From UHGV virus genome UHGV-0388326: a DNA stretch of 39,034 bases; one strand, 5' to 3'. Positions 8,758 through 20,003 of this stretch are shown here, one piece after another. A model generated the notes under the pieces. The model worked only from the letters and a program-made list of their open reading frames with translations. It made no database searches and was not told where the DNA came from. This stretch comes from a virus. Within the stretch, counting starts at the first letter, position 1, and each line of letters starts with the position of its first letter. The position numbers and the translations under genes were made by a program.

Positions 8758-8769
8758 GCAGGAGTGTAT

Positions 8770-9093
8770 ATGGAACTCGTAAACCTCAAAACCGGCACTG
8801 ACAGCTACCAGGATGAGAGCGGAGAAACCAGAACTCGCGATGAATACCCGTGGGGGCTGTGCATCACTCTTAATAACGACACATTGAATAAGCTGAAGGC
8901 GCAACCTCAGGGCGTCGGAACAGAAGTGATGATAACTGCAAAGGCTGTTATTCGAGGCCTGTCTGCCAGAGAAACTGACGATGGGGTTAATCGCAGCGCC
9001 GATCTGCAGATCACTGATATGGCGATCGCTCCTGTTTCCGGGGATGTAGAAAAATCAGCGGCTGAAACCCTGTACGGCAATGGGGGTGAGTAA
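8770..9093 (+). CDS. hypothetical virion-module protein
   Basis: GGAG RBS 5 nt before ATG 8770 (ORF track opens at GTG 8764). Confidence 0.5.
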   Translation: MELVNLKTGTDSYQDESGETRTRDEYPWGLCITLNNDTLNKLKAQPQGVGTEVMITAKAVIRGLSARETDDGVNRSADLQITDMAIAPVSGDVEKSAAETLYGNGGE

Positions 9094-9698
9094 TGGCCTC
9101 TGTAGTAGAGATCTGCAATCGTGCGCTGTCCAATATTGGCAATAGCCGCAGCATTAACAGCCTGACGGAAGCCAGCAAGGAAGCGGGGGAATGTTCGCTG
9201 CACTTTGAGGCCTGCCGTGATGCTGTGCTTTCTGATTTTGACTGGAACTTTGCTACCAAACGCGTGGCGCTTGCAGATACGAGCAATCCACCGCCTGACT
9301 GGGAATATGCGTATCAGTACCCGTCCGATTGTCTGCGCATTACTGAAATTATGCTTCCTGGTGTACGCAATCCAACAGCAGCAATGCGCGTTCAGTACGA
9401 AGTTGGTGCAGACACCAACGGAACAGGAAAGTTGATCTACACAGACCAGCCGCAGGCATGGCTCAAGTATGTCTCTCGCGTTTCAGATGTGAACATGTTT
9501 GATGCCATTTTTATGGAGGCGTTGGCCTGGCGTCTTGCGGCAGCTATTAACATGGCGCTGACTGGGAATGCAGACCTCGGTACGTTTGCACTCAATATGT
9601 ACAATCGCGTGATTCTTAGTGCTGGCTCGCATAGCCAGAATGAATCACAGGAACCACAGCCACCGGTTGACGAGTTTACCATTGCGAGGTTGTCCTGA
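9093..9698 (+). CDS. tail adaptor / tail tubular protein A-like (T7 gp11-like, tentative)
   Basis: 201 aa; size and position before large tube protein; weak N-terminal resemblance to T7 gp11. Confidence 0.4.
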   Translation: MASVVEICNRALSNIGNSRSINSLTEASKEAGECSLHFEACRDAVLSDFDWNFATKRVALADTSNPPPDWEYAYQYPSDCLRITEIMLPGVRNPTAAMRVQYEVGADTNGTGKLIYTDQPQAWLKYVSRVSDVNMFDAIFMEALAWRLAAAINMALTGNADLGTFALNMYNRVILSAGSHSQNESQEPQPPVDEFTIARLS

Positions 9699-12163
9699 TG
9701 GCTATCAGTTGGATCCAGCCAAGCTTTGCCGGTGGTGAGATTGGACCGTCGTTGTACGGTCGTATCGACATGGCGAAGTACCAGGTGGCTTTGCGCAAGT
9801 GCGATAACTTTATCGTGCGGCAGTATGGCGGCGTTGAGAATCGACCGGGTACGCGTTTTGTCGGTGCCGCCAAATACCCAAATCGGAAATGCCGCCTGAT
9901 CCCGTTCCAGTTCTCGACTGTTCAGACCTATGCTCTGGAGTTCGGACACCAGTACATGCGCGTTATCAAAGATGGTGCGTTGGTGCTGAACAGCAGCAAT
10001 GTTATTTATGAAATTGCCACGCCATATACTGAAGCCGATCTGTTCCGAATTAAATTCACGCAAAGCGCAGACGTGCTTACGCTGGTTCATCCGGCATACC
10101 CGCCGAAAGAGTTGCGCCGCTATGCGCATGACAATTGGCAACTGGTTGATGTGGTAACGAAGAACGGGCCATTTGAAGATATCAATATTGACGAGTCAGT
10201 GACGGTTTATGCCAGCGCCAGCACCGGGACAATTACGTTAACGGCAAGCGCCTCTATTTTTGGCGCGGAGCAGGTAGGCAAATTGTTCTATCTGGAACAG
10301 CCAGCAGTGGATTCAGTACCGGTATGGGAAACCAGTAAGAGTACGTCGATTGGCGATATTCGCCGTGCAGACAGTAACTACTATCGCGCCGTTACAGCAG
10401 GCAAAACAGGCACTTTGCGCCCTTCGCATACAGAAGGCACATCATGGGATGGCTGGGGCGGCTCCGGTGATGATGATACTGGCATTGAGTGGGAGTATCT
10501 GCACAGTGGTTTTGGCATTGCCCGTATAACTGCTGTAAATGGCACTACTGCAACTGCTGAGGTGATTTCCTATATCCCTTCGCAGGTCGTTGGCGAGGAT
10601 AATGCCAGCTATAAATGGGCTAAATATGCCTGGAACAGTGTTAATGGTTATCCTGGCACTGTTGTTTATTATCAACAGCGTCTTTACTTCGCCGCATCGA
10701 CTGCGTTCCCTCAGACTATCTGGGCCAGCCGTACTGGGGATTATAAGGATTTTGGCAAAAGCAATCCTACGCAGGATGACGATAGAATTATCTACACCTA
10801 TGCCGGGCGTCAGGTTAATGAGATCCGCCACCTGATTGATGTCGGTTCGCTGGTGGCACTGACTTCCGGAGGTGAGTACGTCATCACCGGCGACCAGAAC
10901 AAAGTGTTAACCCCATCATCATTTGCATTCAGCTCTCAGGGATCAAATGGCTCAAGCAACGTCCCGCCAATTGCCGTGGCGAATATTGCTCTGTTCGTCC
11001 AGGAGAAAGGCAGCGTTGTCCGTGATCTGGCCTACTCATTTGATGTTGACGGCTATCAGGGGAACGACCTGACCATCCTTGCCAATCATCTTTTTCAGAA
11101 GCACAGCATTGTTGACTGGTGCTTCTCGATTGTCCCTTACTCCAGTGCCTTCTGCATTCGTGATGACGGTAAATTACTGGTGATGACCTATTTGCGTGAT
11201 CAGCAGGTTTTTGCATGGGCACCACAATCCAGTACCGGAAAATATGAAAGCACATGCAGTATCAGCGAAGGCAATGAAGATGCGGTGTATTTCGTCGTTA
11301 ACCGAACCGTTAACGGGCAAACAGTGAGATACATCGAGCGACTGTCCAGCCGTTTATTTACCAGCGATGAAGATGCTTTCTTTGTTGATTCTGGCCTTAG
11401 CTATGATGGAAGAAATACGTCTGACAGAACGATGACCATCACTGGTGGTTCTGGTGAATGGGATTACCGCGCGGAATATACAATCAGTGTTTCTGGTGGT
11501 GCGTACTTCACCAGTAGTGATGTTGGTGCGCAACTACAGTTCCCTTATACCGGAACTGATCCTGGCGATGAAGTGTCAAAAGAATTACGTTGCGACATTA
11601 TTTCTGTAACCAGCAATACCGCAGTAGTGGTTCGTGCTAACAGGAACGTCCCGCCATCCATCAGGAATGTGGCCACCACGAACTGGCAGATGGCGCGCCG
11701 GACATTTGGCGGCTTGTCTCATCTTGAAGGCCAGACCGTAAACATCCTCTCTGATGCGAACGTGGAACCACAAAAAGTGGTTTCCGGAGGTGCCGTCACG
11801 CTGGAATCACCGGGGGCTGTTGTGCACATCGGCCTGCCAATAACTGCTGAATTCGAAACACTGGATATCAACATTAACGGACAGGAAACGCTGCTGGACA
11901 AAAAACAGGTGATCCCGTCCGTTACTCTGGTTGTGAATGCCAGTCGCGGCATCTGGGCGACTACGCCCGGCGGTAAATGGTACGAATATCCACAGCGTGA
12001 ATTCGAGTTCTACGATGATCCTGTTGATGATGCTACCGGAAAAGTAGAAGTGAAACTGGACAGTAACTGGGGCAAAAACGGGCGTGTAAAAATCCGTCAG
12101 CTTGACCCGTTGCCGCTGTCTGTTCTTGCCGTTATTCCTCGCCTTACTGTTGGGGGATTCTGA
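9698..12163 (+). CDS. tail tubular protein B / nozzle-like protein (T7 gp12-like, tentative)
   Basis: 821 aa following adaptor gene, size class of T7 gp12. Confidence 0.45.
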   Translation: MAISWIQPSFAGGEIGPSLYGRIDMAKYQVALRKCDNFIVRQYGGVENRPGTRFVGAAKYPNRKCRLIPFQFSTVQTYALEFGHQYMRVIKDGALVLNSSNVIYEIATPYTEADLFRIKFTQSADVLTLVHPAYPPKELRRYAHDNWQLVDVVTKNGPFEDINIDESVTVYASASTGTITLTASASIFGAEQVGKLFYLEQPAVDSVPVWETSKSTSIGDIRRADSNYYRAVTAGKTGTLRPSHTEGTSWDGWGGSGDDDTGIEWEYLHSGFGIARITAVNGTTATAEVISYIPSQVVGEDNASYKWAKYAWNSVNGYPGTVVYYQQRLYFAASTAFPQTIWASRTGDYKDFGKSNPTQDDDRIIYTYAGRQVNEIRHLIDVGSLVALTSGGEYVITGDQNKVLTPSSFAFSSQGSNGSSNVPPIAVANIALFVQEKGSVVRDLAYSFDVDGYQGNDLTILANHLFQKHSIVDWCFSIVPYSSAFCIRDDGKLLVMTYLRDQQVFAWAPQSSTGKYESTCSISEGNEDAVYFVVNRTVNGQTVRYIERLSSRLFTSDEDAFFVDSGLSYDGRNTSDRTMTITGGSGEWDYRAEYTISVSGGAYFTSSDVGAQLQFPYTGTDPGDEVSKELRCDIISVTSNTAVVVRANRNVPPSIRNVATTNWQMARRTFGGLSHLEGQTVNILSDANVEPQKVVSGGAVTLESPGAVVHIGLPITAEFETLDININGQETLLDKKQVIPSVTLVVNASRGIWATTPGGKWYEYPQREFEFYDDPVDDATGKVEVKLDSNWGKNGRVKIRQLDPLPLSVLAVIPRLTVGGF

Positions 12164-12627
12164 TGATCGATGTTCGAATTATTCCCGCTACCGAAGAGCA
12201 TCTTCAGATGATTTTGCCGGATGTTCGTCAGGCTGATATTGACGAACTGTATGCGGTATCGCTGATGACTACCGAAGATGCGCTGCGTGTTGGTCTTCGC
12301 ACTGCGACTATGGCCTGGTCAGGGTTCGCGAACGGAGAACTGGTAACCATGTTTGGTGTATCTCCGGCGTCAATGATCGGTGGCAATGGTACGCCCTGGC
12401 TGGTCGGAACCAGCCGTATTGAAAAATATCAGAAGACATTTCTTCGCCACTGCCGCCCTGTATTGCAGCAGATGCTGGCAGTTTATCCGCGCCTGGAAAA
12501 CTATGTCGACGAGCGAAACCATGTTGCCAAAGCATGGCTGCACTGGCTTGGATTCAGGCTTGAAGAAGCCGCGCCTTATGGTGCACTTGGTCTTAATTTC
12601 CACAGATTTCACATGGAGAGCAAATAA
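12163..12627 (+). CDS. hypothetical virion protein (gp13 position)
   Basis: 154 aa, translationally coupled in structural operon. Confidence 0.5.
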   Translation: MIDVRIIPATEEHLQMILPDVRQADIDELYAVSLMTTEDALRVGLRTATMAWSGFANGELVTMFGVSPASMIGGNGTPWLVGTSRIEKYQKTFLRHCRPVLQQMLAVYPRLENYVDERNHVAKAWLHWLGFRLEEAAPYGALGLNFHRFHMESK

Positions 12628-13202
12628 TGTGCGATCCGGTTATTGCTGGTGGCGCAATGCTCGCCATGAGTGGCATTCAGGCATACACCCAGTACCAACA
12701 GGGAAAGTATGCCTCGAAGGTTGCAGAAGCGAACGCAGATATAGCCACAGCTCAGGCAAATGATGCAATAAACAGAGGTAACGCTGAAGCTGAGCAACGG
12801 CGCAGAGAGACCCGACAGCGGCTTGGTACACAGGCAGCGACAATGGGGGCTACCGGCGCTGATTTATCTACAGGTAACGCGCTGGATATATTTGGTGACA
12901 CTGCTCAGTTTGGCGCTCTTGATTCGCTAACGACGGTGAATAACGCGCAACGCGAGGCTTACGGTTATCAGGTTCAGGCTGCCAACTATAAAGCAGAAGC
13001 CAGTTCAGCCCGTAAACAGGGGAATGTGGGAGCAGCAACAACTTTACTCACTGCGCCTCTGAAGGCATACGGTGCGTACCAGATGTTTGGTGGGACGTGG
13101 AGTCCGTTCTCTAAAGGAAGTACATCTAGTGGTGGGACGCCAATGTTATCTAACTCAGGTTTTATGAATTCTGACTCCCGATTCAAAATAGGAGGTTACT
13201 GA
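12627..13202 (+). CDS. internal virion protein, T7 gp14-like
   Basis: 191 aa; N-terminus MCDPVIAGGAMLAMSGIQAY resembles T7 gp14 N-terminus (MC..A..IAISGAQA) as recalled. Confidence 0.5.
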   Translation: MCDPVIAGGAMLAMSGIQAYTQYQQGKYASKVAEANADIATAQANDAINRGNAEAEQRRRETRQRLGTQAATMGATGADLSTGNALDIFGDTAQFGALDSLTTVNNAQREAYGYQVQAANYKAEASSARKQGNVGAATTLLTAPLKAYGAYQMFGGTWSPFSKGSTSSGGTPMLSNSGFMNSDSRFKIGGY

Positions 13203-15715
13203 TGCCTGTTGTTCCTACTACATCCGGACGCCAGGTTGAGAGCCGTGGAGTTCAGTCAGCAGGCTTGCAGACGTTTTCTCAGCCAGGTATTGGTGATGCT
13301 TTTGTTCGGGCAGGGACAGAGGCAATTGATGTTTTGGGGCAGGCAAAACAGCGTGCCAATATCGCTCTGGCTCAGGAGGCATCTCTTAACCTCAGTCAGA
13401 TAAGCAGTGATCTGCTGAATAACCCTGAAACAGGTTTGCTTAACCTGAAAGGGAAAAATGCTATTGGAAAAGGCCATGAGTATACGCAGCAGTTTGATGC
13501 TCAGGTCGAACAACTGGCTATGTCGCTGCCGGATGAACAGGCTCGTAATGCTTTCATGCAGCAGGCGCAGCAGCAGCGCATTCAGTTCACTACACAGGCC
13601 GGGCGGCACGAGATAGGGCAAATAAATGCATACGAAGAAGGCCAGTTTCAGGCTACGCTGCTGAACAATGGTAAAAATGCCGCAGCATTGTATGGCGACA
13701 ACGCCGCATACGTATTGGCTAATAAGCAAACTTTCCAGCAAATTGAGGATTACGGCATTGCGCATGGCTGGAGCGACGAGCAAATCCAGGCCAAGAAAGT
13801 CGAGTTTAAAGAGAAGGTTGCTGATGCTGCATTGTCACAGTGGTCGGCAAACAATGCGAGCGCATTCATCCAAAGTAATGGCGAATTAAGTGATACTGCT
13901 TCTGGAGCTCGCCGTGCTGTAGCAGATAGTGGCTCTTCCGAGCGTGTCCGTGGCATACGCAACAATAACCCCGGAAATCTCGAATACAGCAAAACTAATC
14001 CGTGGGTAGGCCAGACCGGTGATGATGGTAGATTTGCTAAATTCGAAACACCTGAACACGGGATTCGTGCATTAGGGCGGAACCTGATGTCGTATCAGCG
14101 GCAGGGTATTGATACCGTCAGCGAGATAATTAATCGCTGGGCACCGCCTACTGATAAAAATGACACTATGTCGTATATCAAAGCAGTGTGCGAACAACTT
14201 GGCGTTTCTGCTGATGAGCCTCTCGATGCATCAAATCCTGATACCCTTAAGGCGCTTTGTGCAGCCATTATCCATCATGAGAACGGTAGCCAGCCATACA
14301 GTGATCAGCAGTTAACTGCTGGTGTCAGTGCAGCACTTGGTTTATCAACAATTCCAACCAACACCAAACGCTATACCGGTAATGCAGCATTCGATGCGGC
14401 ATCTCCTGAGTCGCAGGCAAGTTTTATGCGACAGGCGGATCAACTGCGTCGGCAGCAGCAGGCTGAATATAAAACGATGATTGACAGCCAGGTTCGCGAT
14501 GCGACAGCTGCGTATATGCGTGGCGTTGAATTTCCTAACCCACCTGGTGAGGCTGATTTTATTGCAGCTTATGGAGTCAGAGAAGGAAACCTGCGATATA
14601 CCGAGTTCAGAAATACGCAAATCGCCGGACAGTATATAGGCTCTTTCCGCAACATGCCGACAAGCAGCATTACAGCATATGTTGAGCAATTACGCCCGGA
14701 TACTGGTGAGACAGGGGATGGTTATGCGGCACGAGCCGCTCTTTATGACAACGTTGTGTCGGCTGCAAGTCAGGTGATAAAGCAGCGACAGGCTGATCCT
14801 GTACAGTTCTCTCTTGCCGCCGGACAGGCAAAGCCTATCGACATGAGCAATAAGGATAACTTTGGACAGAGCGTTGCCTTGCGTGCTGCTCAGGTCAGTG
14901 ACCTTGCTAAGTCATATGGCACTCCACTGACGTTCTTTTCCAAAGACGAGGCCAATCAGATCGGTGTTTTCTTTCGTGATGCGCCCGTTTCCCAACAGGC
15001 AGCATATCTCGATACCATCAGGCAGAGCACTGGTGGTGGGCAGGTGTATATGTCAGCACTACAGCAGATCAGTGCCAACGCTCCATCTGCTGCCGTTGCC
15101 GGGATACTGATGGATAAGCCAGGTGGTATTTTGGCAGAAAAAAACTGGTTTAATCCGGATGTTTCCGTGTCTCCTGAAACCGCTGCGCAGACAATTCTTG
15201 CTGGCGCGGCGGCTCGTAAAGGTACTGATGACGCGAAAGGTATTCCGATGCCTAAAGATGCTGATCTTCGCCTTGAGTTTTCTGACATGGTGAAGGATGC
15301 ATTTGCTGGTGATGCTCAGGGGGCATCAATGGCATACGAGATCGCAAAGGACTATTACGCTGGTGTGATGGCGAAAAAAGGCGTGGTATCAGGCGAAATT
15401 GACAATGATATCTGGAAACAGGCTGTTAACGTAGCTACAGGTGGCGTGCATGACTATAACGGAATGGGGAATGTTCTTTTGCCGTGGGGAATGTCTGCAG
15501 AGCAATTCGATAAGCAGGTTAATCAGGCTTGGAATGAACAAGTTGTCGGCACCGGGATAAAAACACCGCCTGGTCAGTATGGTTTGCAAAGTTACGGCGA
15601 TAGTCAGTACCTGGTGAAACTTGGTACTGGTTATCTGCTGAAAGATGATGGTTCTCCTGTTGTTCTTGATCTGACACAGAAGCGTCAGAGATTCTCCGGA
15701 GATATTCCGCAATGA
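13202..15715 (+). CDS. internal virion / ejection protein (large)
   Basis: 837 aa in gp15 position; contains conserved-looking motif GIRNNNPGNLEYS...W. Confidence 0.55.
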   Translation: MPVVPTTSGRQVESRGVQSAGLQTFSQPGIGDAFVRAGTEAIDVLGQAKQRANIALAQEASLNLSQISSDLLNNPETGLLNLKGKNAIGKGHEYTQQFDAQVEQLAMSLPDEQARNAFMQQAQQQRIQFTTQAGRHEIGQINAYEEGQFQATLLNNGKNAAALYGDNAAYVLANKQTFQQIEDYGIAHGWSDEQIQAKKVEFKEKVADAALSQWSANNASAFIQSNGELSDTASGARRAVADSGSSERVRGIRNNNPGNLEYSKTNPWVGQTGDDGRFAKFETPEHGIRALGRNLMSYQRQGIDTVSEIINRWAPPTDKNDTMSYIKAVCEQLGVSADEPLDASNPDTLKALCAAIIHHENGSQPYSDQQLTAGVSAALGLSTIPTNTKRYTGNAAFDAASPESQASFMRQADQLRRQQQAEYKTMIDSQVRDATAAYMRGVEFPNPPGEADFIAAYGVREGNLRYTEFRNTQIAGQYIGSFRNMPTSSITAYVEQLRPDTGETGDGYAARAALYDNVVSAASQVIKQRQADPVQFSLAAGQAKPIDMSNKDNFGQSVALRAAQVSDLAKSYGTPLTFFSKDEANQIGVFFRDAPVSQQAAYLDTIRQSTGGGQVYMSALQQISANAPSAAVAGILMDKPGGILAEKNWFNPDVSVSPETAAQTILAGAAARKGTDDAKGIPMPKDADLRLEFSDMVKDAFAGDAQGASMAYEIAKDYYAGVMAKKGVVSGEIDNDIWKQAVNVATGGVHDYNGMGNVLLPWGMSAEQFDKQVNQAWNEQVVGTGIKTPPGQYGLQSYGDSQYLVKLGTGYLLKDDGSPVVLDLTQKRQRFSGDIPQ

Positions 15716-17514
15716 GTTACTTTGGCCTTAATCCAGTAAACCAGAATCAGCAGCTTGACGAAGCAGCATCAAATCCAGCTGGCTTTAACAGCGATGTTGG
15801 TTTTTTCGACAATGCTGTAGGAGCGGCATTGTCTGGTTTGTACTCCGGGCTGGTGGCAAAGCCAGAACAGTTGCTATGGGCAGGGATGGATAAAATCGTA
15901 TCCCCGATTGCTCAGCTTGTTAACGAAAACACCTCGCTCAATGACACTTCAGTTTCATACATTGCTGAGCAGAGAAAACTAGCAGAGCAGCAGGTTAAGC
16001 GGCTGACGCCTGATGCCGCGACAACCGGAACCGCCGGGCAGGTCCTTTATGGGTTGTTCGATATGGGCGGGCAGGCTGTTGTCGGTACAACGCTCGGTGG
16101 TCCGGTCGGAGGTGCTGCGGCGGTAACTTCTCTACAGGGTTTTTCTGAGTTTGAACGGCTGACAGCACAGGGTGTTGATTTCAGGACGGCGCAGGAAGCG
16201 GGATTAGTGCAGGGTATTACTGCTGGTGCCGGAACACTGATCCCTATGAGCCTCGGGTTACGTGCTGGTGGTGCGCTGGCGGAAGGTGTGGCGGCTCAGC
16301 TTGCGCGGACGGGTGAAAGTTCAGTGCGACGCGCCGCAGCAACAGCAGTACGTGCAACGCCAGATATTGCCTATGCCGCAGGTACAAATATTGCGTTCGG
16401 TATGGCACAGCGTGGGCTTACTGCAAAAACGCTTCGTGATGGTGGCTATAGCGAAATGGCTAGCCAGTATGATGTGTTGGATCGACAGGCAATTGCTATT
16501 GATGCTGTTCTTGGGGTGGCGTTTGGTGGTGTCGGCAGATTTATTAACTCTCGCGGCGAGTCTACAAGCGCACCAAATTTTTCACCAGTTGATATCGATG
16601 CTGCACTGGCGGCGAATGCCGCTCATCATGCTGAAATTGATATTGCGCCCGGCGTGCCGATCAACGTGCTTTCGCGCAATTCTCACATTCAGGCTCTGCG
16701 AAAAGCTATGTCTGATGTTAGCCAGGGGAGACCTGTAGACGTTGCCAGCATTGTTGAGTCTGCATCTTTCAGTGAAATTCCTGGGCGCAAGAGTCTGCTG
16801 TCTCAGGCAGTTAATGAGGCTCTGTCATCTGTAGATGATGGAGCAACGGCGCGCGCTATAGAAAATCGGTTGCTTGAAGAACAGGCCGCGCAGCTTTTGC
16901 CGCGTGGCGATAGACAGGTTTACCAGTCTGAAATCGCTAATAGCCAACGAATTATTGAAAATCTCACTGAACAGCGCGCACAAATTCTTGCAGAAGAGCC
17001 AACCGGCAGCGGTAAAGCTTTGTCTCGTGCTCGATCAGATAAACAGGCCAGACTTCGCGATATTGAGCAACGAATCCGGCAGGCACAAGAACGCCTGGAA
17101 TTTTCCCGTAACGCGTTGGCACCGCACGAGCCTGGCGGTCAGTTTTTTGAAGCTCGAGCAGAACTGGCTCGGAGACAACAGGCAGAAAGTGAACTTAATG
17201 CTCAGGCTGTTTCATTCTATAAAACAGCAGAGGTCAGGACGCCAGACGAAGTAGCTCCTTTTGAGCCTGATAAAATATTGCAACAGGCAGAACAAAAAAT
17301 GATGGCGGATCAGGCGGGAGATATTGATCTGCGCATAGCTGAAGACTCGCTGCTTGAATCACCTGACATGATAATCACCGTGCTGGATGATGATGGTAAT
17401 CCACAATCGCGCAGCGCGCGTGAAGTACTGGATGAAGCGAACAGGGAAAGTGAGCAGGCAATACAGGATTCAAGCCTGTTTGATGTAGCTGTGGCGTGTT
17501 TCTTGAGAGGTTAA
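15712..17514 (+). CDS. internal virion / ejection protein with Gly/Ala-rich hydrophobic segments
   Basis: 600 aa; stretches GGPVGGAAAVTS and ITAGAGTLIPMSLGLRAGGALAEGVAAQLA suggest membrane insertion. Confidence 0.5.
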   Translation: MSYFGLNPVNQNQQLDEAASNPAGFNSDVGFFDNAVGAALSGLYSGLVAKPEQLLWAGMDKIVSPIAQLVNENTSLNDTSVSYIAEQRKLAEQQVKRLTPDAATTGTAGQVLYGLFDMGGQAVVGTTLGGPVGGAAAVTSLQGFSEFERLTAQGVDFRTAQEAGLVQGITAGAGTLIPMSLGLRAGGALAEGVAAQLARTGESSVRRAAATAVRATPDIAYAAGTNIAFGMAQRGLTAKTLRDGGYSEMASQYDVLDRQAIAIDAVLGVAFGGVGRFINSRGESTSAPNFSPVDIDAALAANAAHHAEIDIAPGVPINVLSRNSHIQALRKAMSDVSQGRPVDVASIVESASFSEIPGRKSLLSQAVNEALSSVDDGATARAIENRLLEEQAAQLLPRGDRQVYQSEIANSQRIIENLTEQRAQILAEEPTGSGKALSRARSDKQARLRDIEQRIRQAQERLEFSRNALAPHEPGGQFFEARAELARRQQAESELNAQAVSFYKTAEVRTPDEVAPFEPDKILQQAEQKMMADQAGDIDLRIAEDSLLESPDMIITVLDDDGNPQSRSAREVLDEANRESEQAIQDSSLFDVAVACFLRG

Positions 17515-17519
17515 ATTAA

Positions 17520-19994
17520 ATGAGACAGGAATGTATACAAGCGGTCCAGCAGGCGGCGCAGCGCACGTTAACGGCGCGAGAAATACAGAACATTGAAGAC
17601 CGCATTTATCGAAATATGCGCTCCATTGCTCGTGATGACCCGATGTCGTGGAGACAACTTTCCGAATCAGAGCGGCTATATCGTGCAGCACAATTGGCAT
17701 CTGAAGAATTACAGCGAGAAGCGGCATTAAAGAAACGTCGTGTGGCCCTCACTATAGCCGCACGTCAGAGATTGGATAAATTTATCAATAGCTATCAAGG
17801 GGCTGATGGGAAACTTGGCGCTCTTAACCGTACTATTGCTTTTAATGCAGACGGTAAATCGAATTTCCTCTCTGTTGAGTCCAGAACAAAAGCCACTCGT
17901 GATTATGCATTGAGTCAATTGCAAGAGGCATTTGAAGCAGTTGATCCTCGCTTTTTTGGCCTGTTTGAAGATGAAGCTGGCGTGCGTGACCTGGTATATG
18001 AAATGCGAGGGCAAAATACTGGCAATGCTAAAGCAAGAAAAGGTGCTAAGGCGTGGAGAGAAGTTACAGAGCTGCTGCGCCGCCGGTTTAATGATGCTGG
18101 TGGAGACATTGGCTATCTCGAAAACTGGGGGATCCCTCAACATCATTCTATGGAAAAGGTTGGGGCGGTATCAAAGGATAAGTGGGTTGGCGATGTTATA
18201 GGTAAGCTGGATCGCAAATATTATACCCGAGCCGATGGACAACTGATGAACGATGCCGAGTTGTCTGCATTTCTTGGAGAGGCTTATAACACGATCGCTA
18301 CTGGTGGGCTGAATAAGCTTACTGATACCGGAATGCGAATTTCCGGCGCACGTGCTAACCGTGGTAATGCATCACGACAGATACATTTCAAAGATGCAGA
18401 TTCCTATCTCCAATATCAACAACTTTATGGTGATCGCTCTCTATGGGAAATCATGGTCGGTCACTTGGAAGGTATCAGTAAAGATATTGCTCTGGTGGAA
18501 ACATATGGTCCAAACCCCGATCATGTTTTCCGCTCCCTTCTTGATCAGGTTAAGGCAGAAACGGCAACAGCTAACCCGAGTAAAACCGGTAGCGTCGAGC
18601 GTCTGGCGAACAAAACAGAGAACTTGTACAACTTTATTTCCGGAAAGACACAGCCTGTAGCGAATCCGCACATCGCGCGATGGTCTGACAATATCCGCAA
18701 CTGGCTGGTTGCCAGCAGACTCGGATCCGCGTTGCTGTCATCGTTCTCTGATCTTGGAACCATGTATCTGTCTGCGAAGGTTACCAACCTTCCAATGAAC
18801 CAGTTATTTCGCAACCAGCTTGAAGCTATGGACCCAACGAACCGTACTGAGCTTGCGCGGGCGCGCCGCGCTGGCCTGGCGATGGAATCTCTACTTGGCA
18901 GCGTTAACCGCTGGGCGATGGATAATATGGGGCCGTCTGTGTCTCGTTGGGCGGCAACGGCGGTAATGCGTGCCAGTGGGCTTACAGCATGGTCAGATGC
19001 GCACAAGCGCGCCTATGGCGTAACCATGATGGGAAGCCTGGGAGAAGTAGTGTCACGGACACCAGACCTTCGTAGCCTCGATGACTCTGATTTTCGTATC
19101 CTGAAAAGCAAAGGGATTACTGACACAGACTGGAGCGTATGGAAGCTGGCGCAACAGGAGGACTGGGGGAACGGTAATAATACGATGCTGACACCGGAAA
19201 GCATTATGCGTATCCCTGATTCAGCAGTTAAACATCTTGGTGAGCCTGAACGTGTGAAATTTGAGGCAATGCGTAAACTGCTCGGTGCCGTAACTGAAGA
19301 AGTTGATATGGCTGTTATTACACCGGGCGCACGTGAACAGATGTTCGTAGGGTCTGGTCTTCAGCGTGGAACATGGAAAGGTGAATTAACGAGAAGTGTT
19401 TTCCTGTTTAAATCGTTCCCTATCTCGGTAGTTATGCGTCACTGGCATAGAGCTATGGGGATGCCGTCTGCTGGTGGGCGTGCGGCATATATAGCAACGT
19501 TTTTAGCAAGCACAACCATGCTTGGTGCTCTTTCCATGCAGATTACTGATCTTATTAATGGGAGAAATCCAAAAGAAATGACCGGTGACAACATGGTTAA
19601 ATTCTGGATAAATGCATTTTTAAAAGGTGGTGGGGCAGGGTTGTATGGTGATTTTCTTTTCTCTGACCACACCAGGTACGGGAGCGGCGCACTAGCGTCG
19701 ATGCTTGGCCCGGTAGCTGGTCTGGTTGATGACGTAGTGAAGATTGCTCAGGGCATACCGTTAAATGCTGTGGAAGGGAAGAATGAGCAGACTGGTGGTG
19801 ATTTGGTTAAGCTTGGGAAAGGTTTGATGCCTGGTGCGAATCTCTGGTATTTGAAGGCGGCTCTCGATCACATGATCTTTAACCAGATGCAGGAGTATTT
19901 TTCACCAGGCTATTTGCGTAAAATGGAGCAACGTTCAAAGAAAGAGTTTAACCAGACATACTGGTGGCGACCTCAGGATGTCACTCCGCAATAA
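17520..19994 (+). CDS. internal virion / ejection protein (large)
   Basis: 824 aa, last gene of structural operon before accessory cluster. Confidence 0.5.
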   Translation: MRQECIQAVQQAAQRTLTAREIQNIEDRIYRNMRSIARDDPMSWRQLSESERLYRAAQLASEELQREAALKKRRVALTIAARQRLDKFINSYQGADGKLGALNRTIAFNADGKSNFLSVESRTKATRDYALSQLQEAFEAVDPRFFGLFEDEAGVRDLVYEMRGQNTGNAKARKGAKAWREVTELLRRRFNDAGGDIGYLENWGIPQHHSMEKVGAVSKDKWVGDVIGKLDRKYYTRADGQLMNDAELSAFLGEAYNTIATGGLNKLTDTGMRISGARANRGNASRQIHFKDADSYLQYQQLYGDRSLWEIMVGHLEGISKDIALVETYGPNPDHVFRSLLDQVKAETATANPSKTGSVERLANKTENLYNFISGKTQPVANPHIARWSDNIRNWLVASRLGSALLSSFSDLGTMYLSAKVTNLPMNQLFRNQLEAMDPTNRTELARARRAGLAMESLLGSVNRWAMDNMGPSVSRWAATAVMRASGLTAWSDAHKRAYGVTMMGSLGEVVSRTPDLRSLDDSDFRILKSKGITDTDWSVWKLAQQEDWGNGNNTMLTPESIMRIPDSAVKHLGEPERVKFEAMRKLLGAVTEEVDMAVITPGAREQMFVGSGLQRGTWKGELTRSVFLFKSFPISVVMRHWHRAMGMPSAGGRAAYIATFLASTTMLGALSMQITDLINGRNPKEMTGDNMVKFWINAFLKGGGAGLYGDFLFSDHTRYGSGALASMLGPVAGLVDDVVKIAQGIPLNAVEGKNEQTGGDLVKLGKGLMPGANLWYLKAALDHMIFNQMQEYFSPGYLRKMEQRSKKEFNQTYWWRPQDVTPQ

Positions 19995-20003
19995 GGAACA
20001 ACA

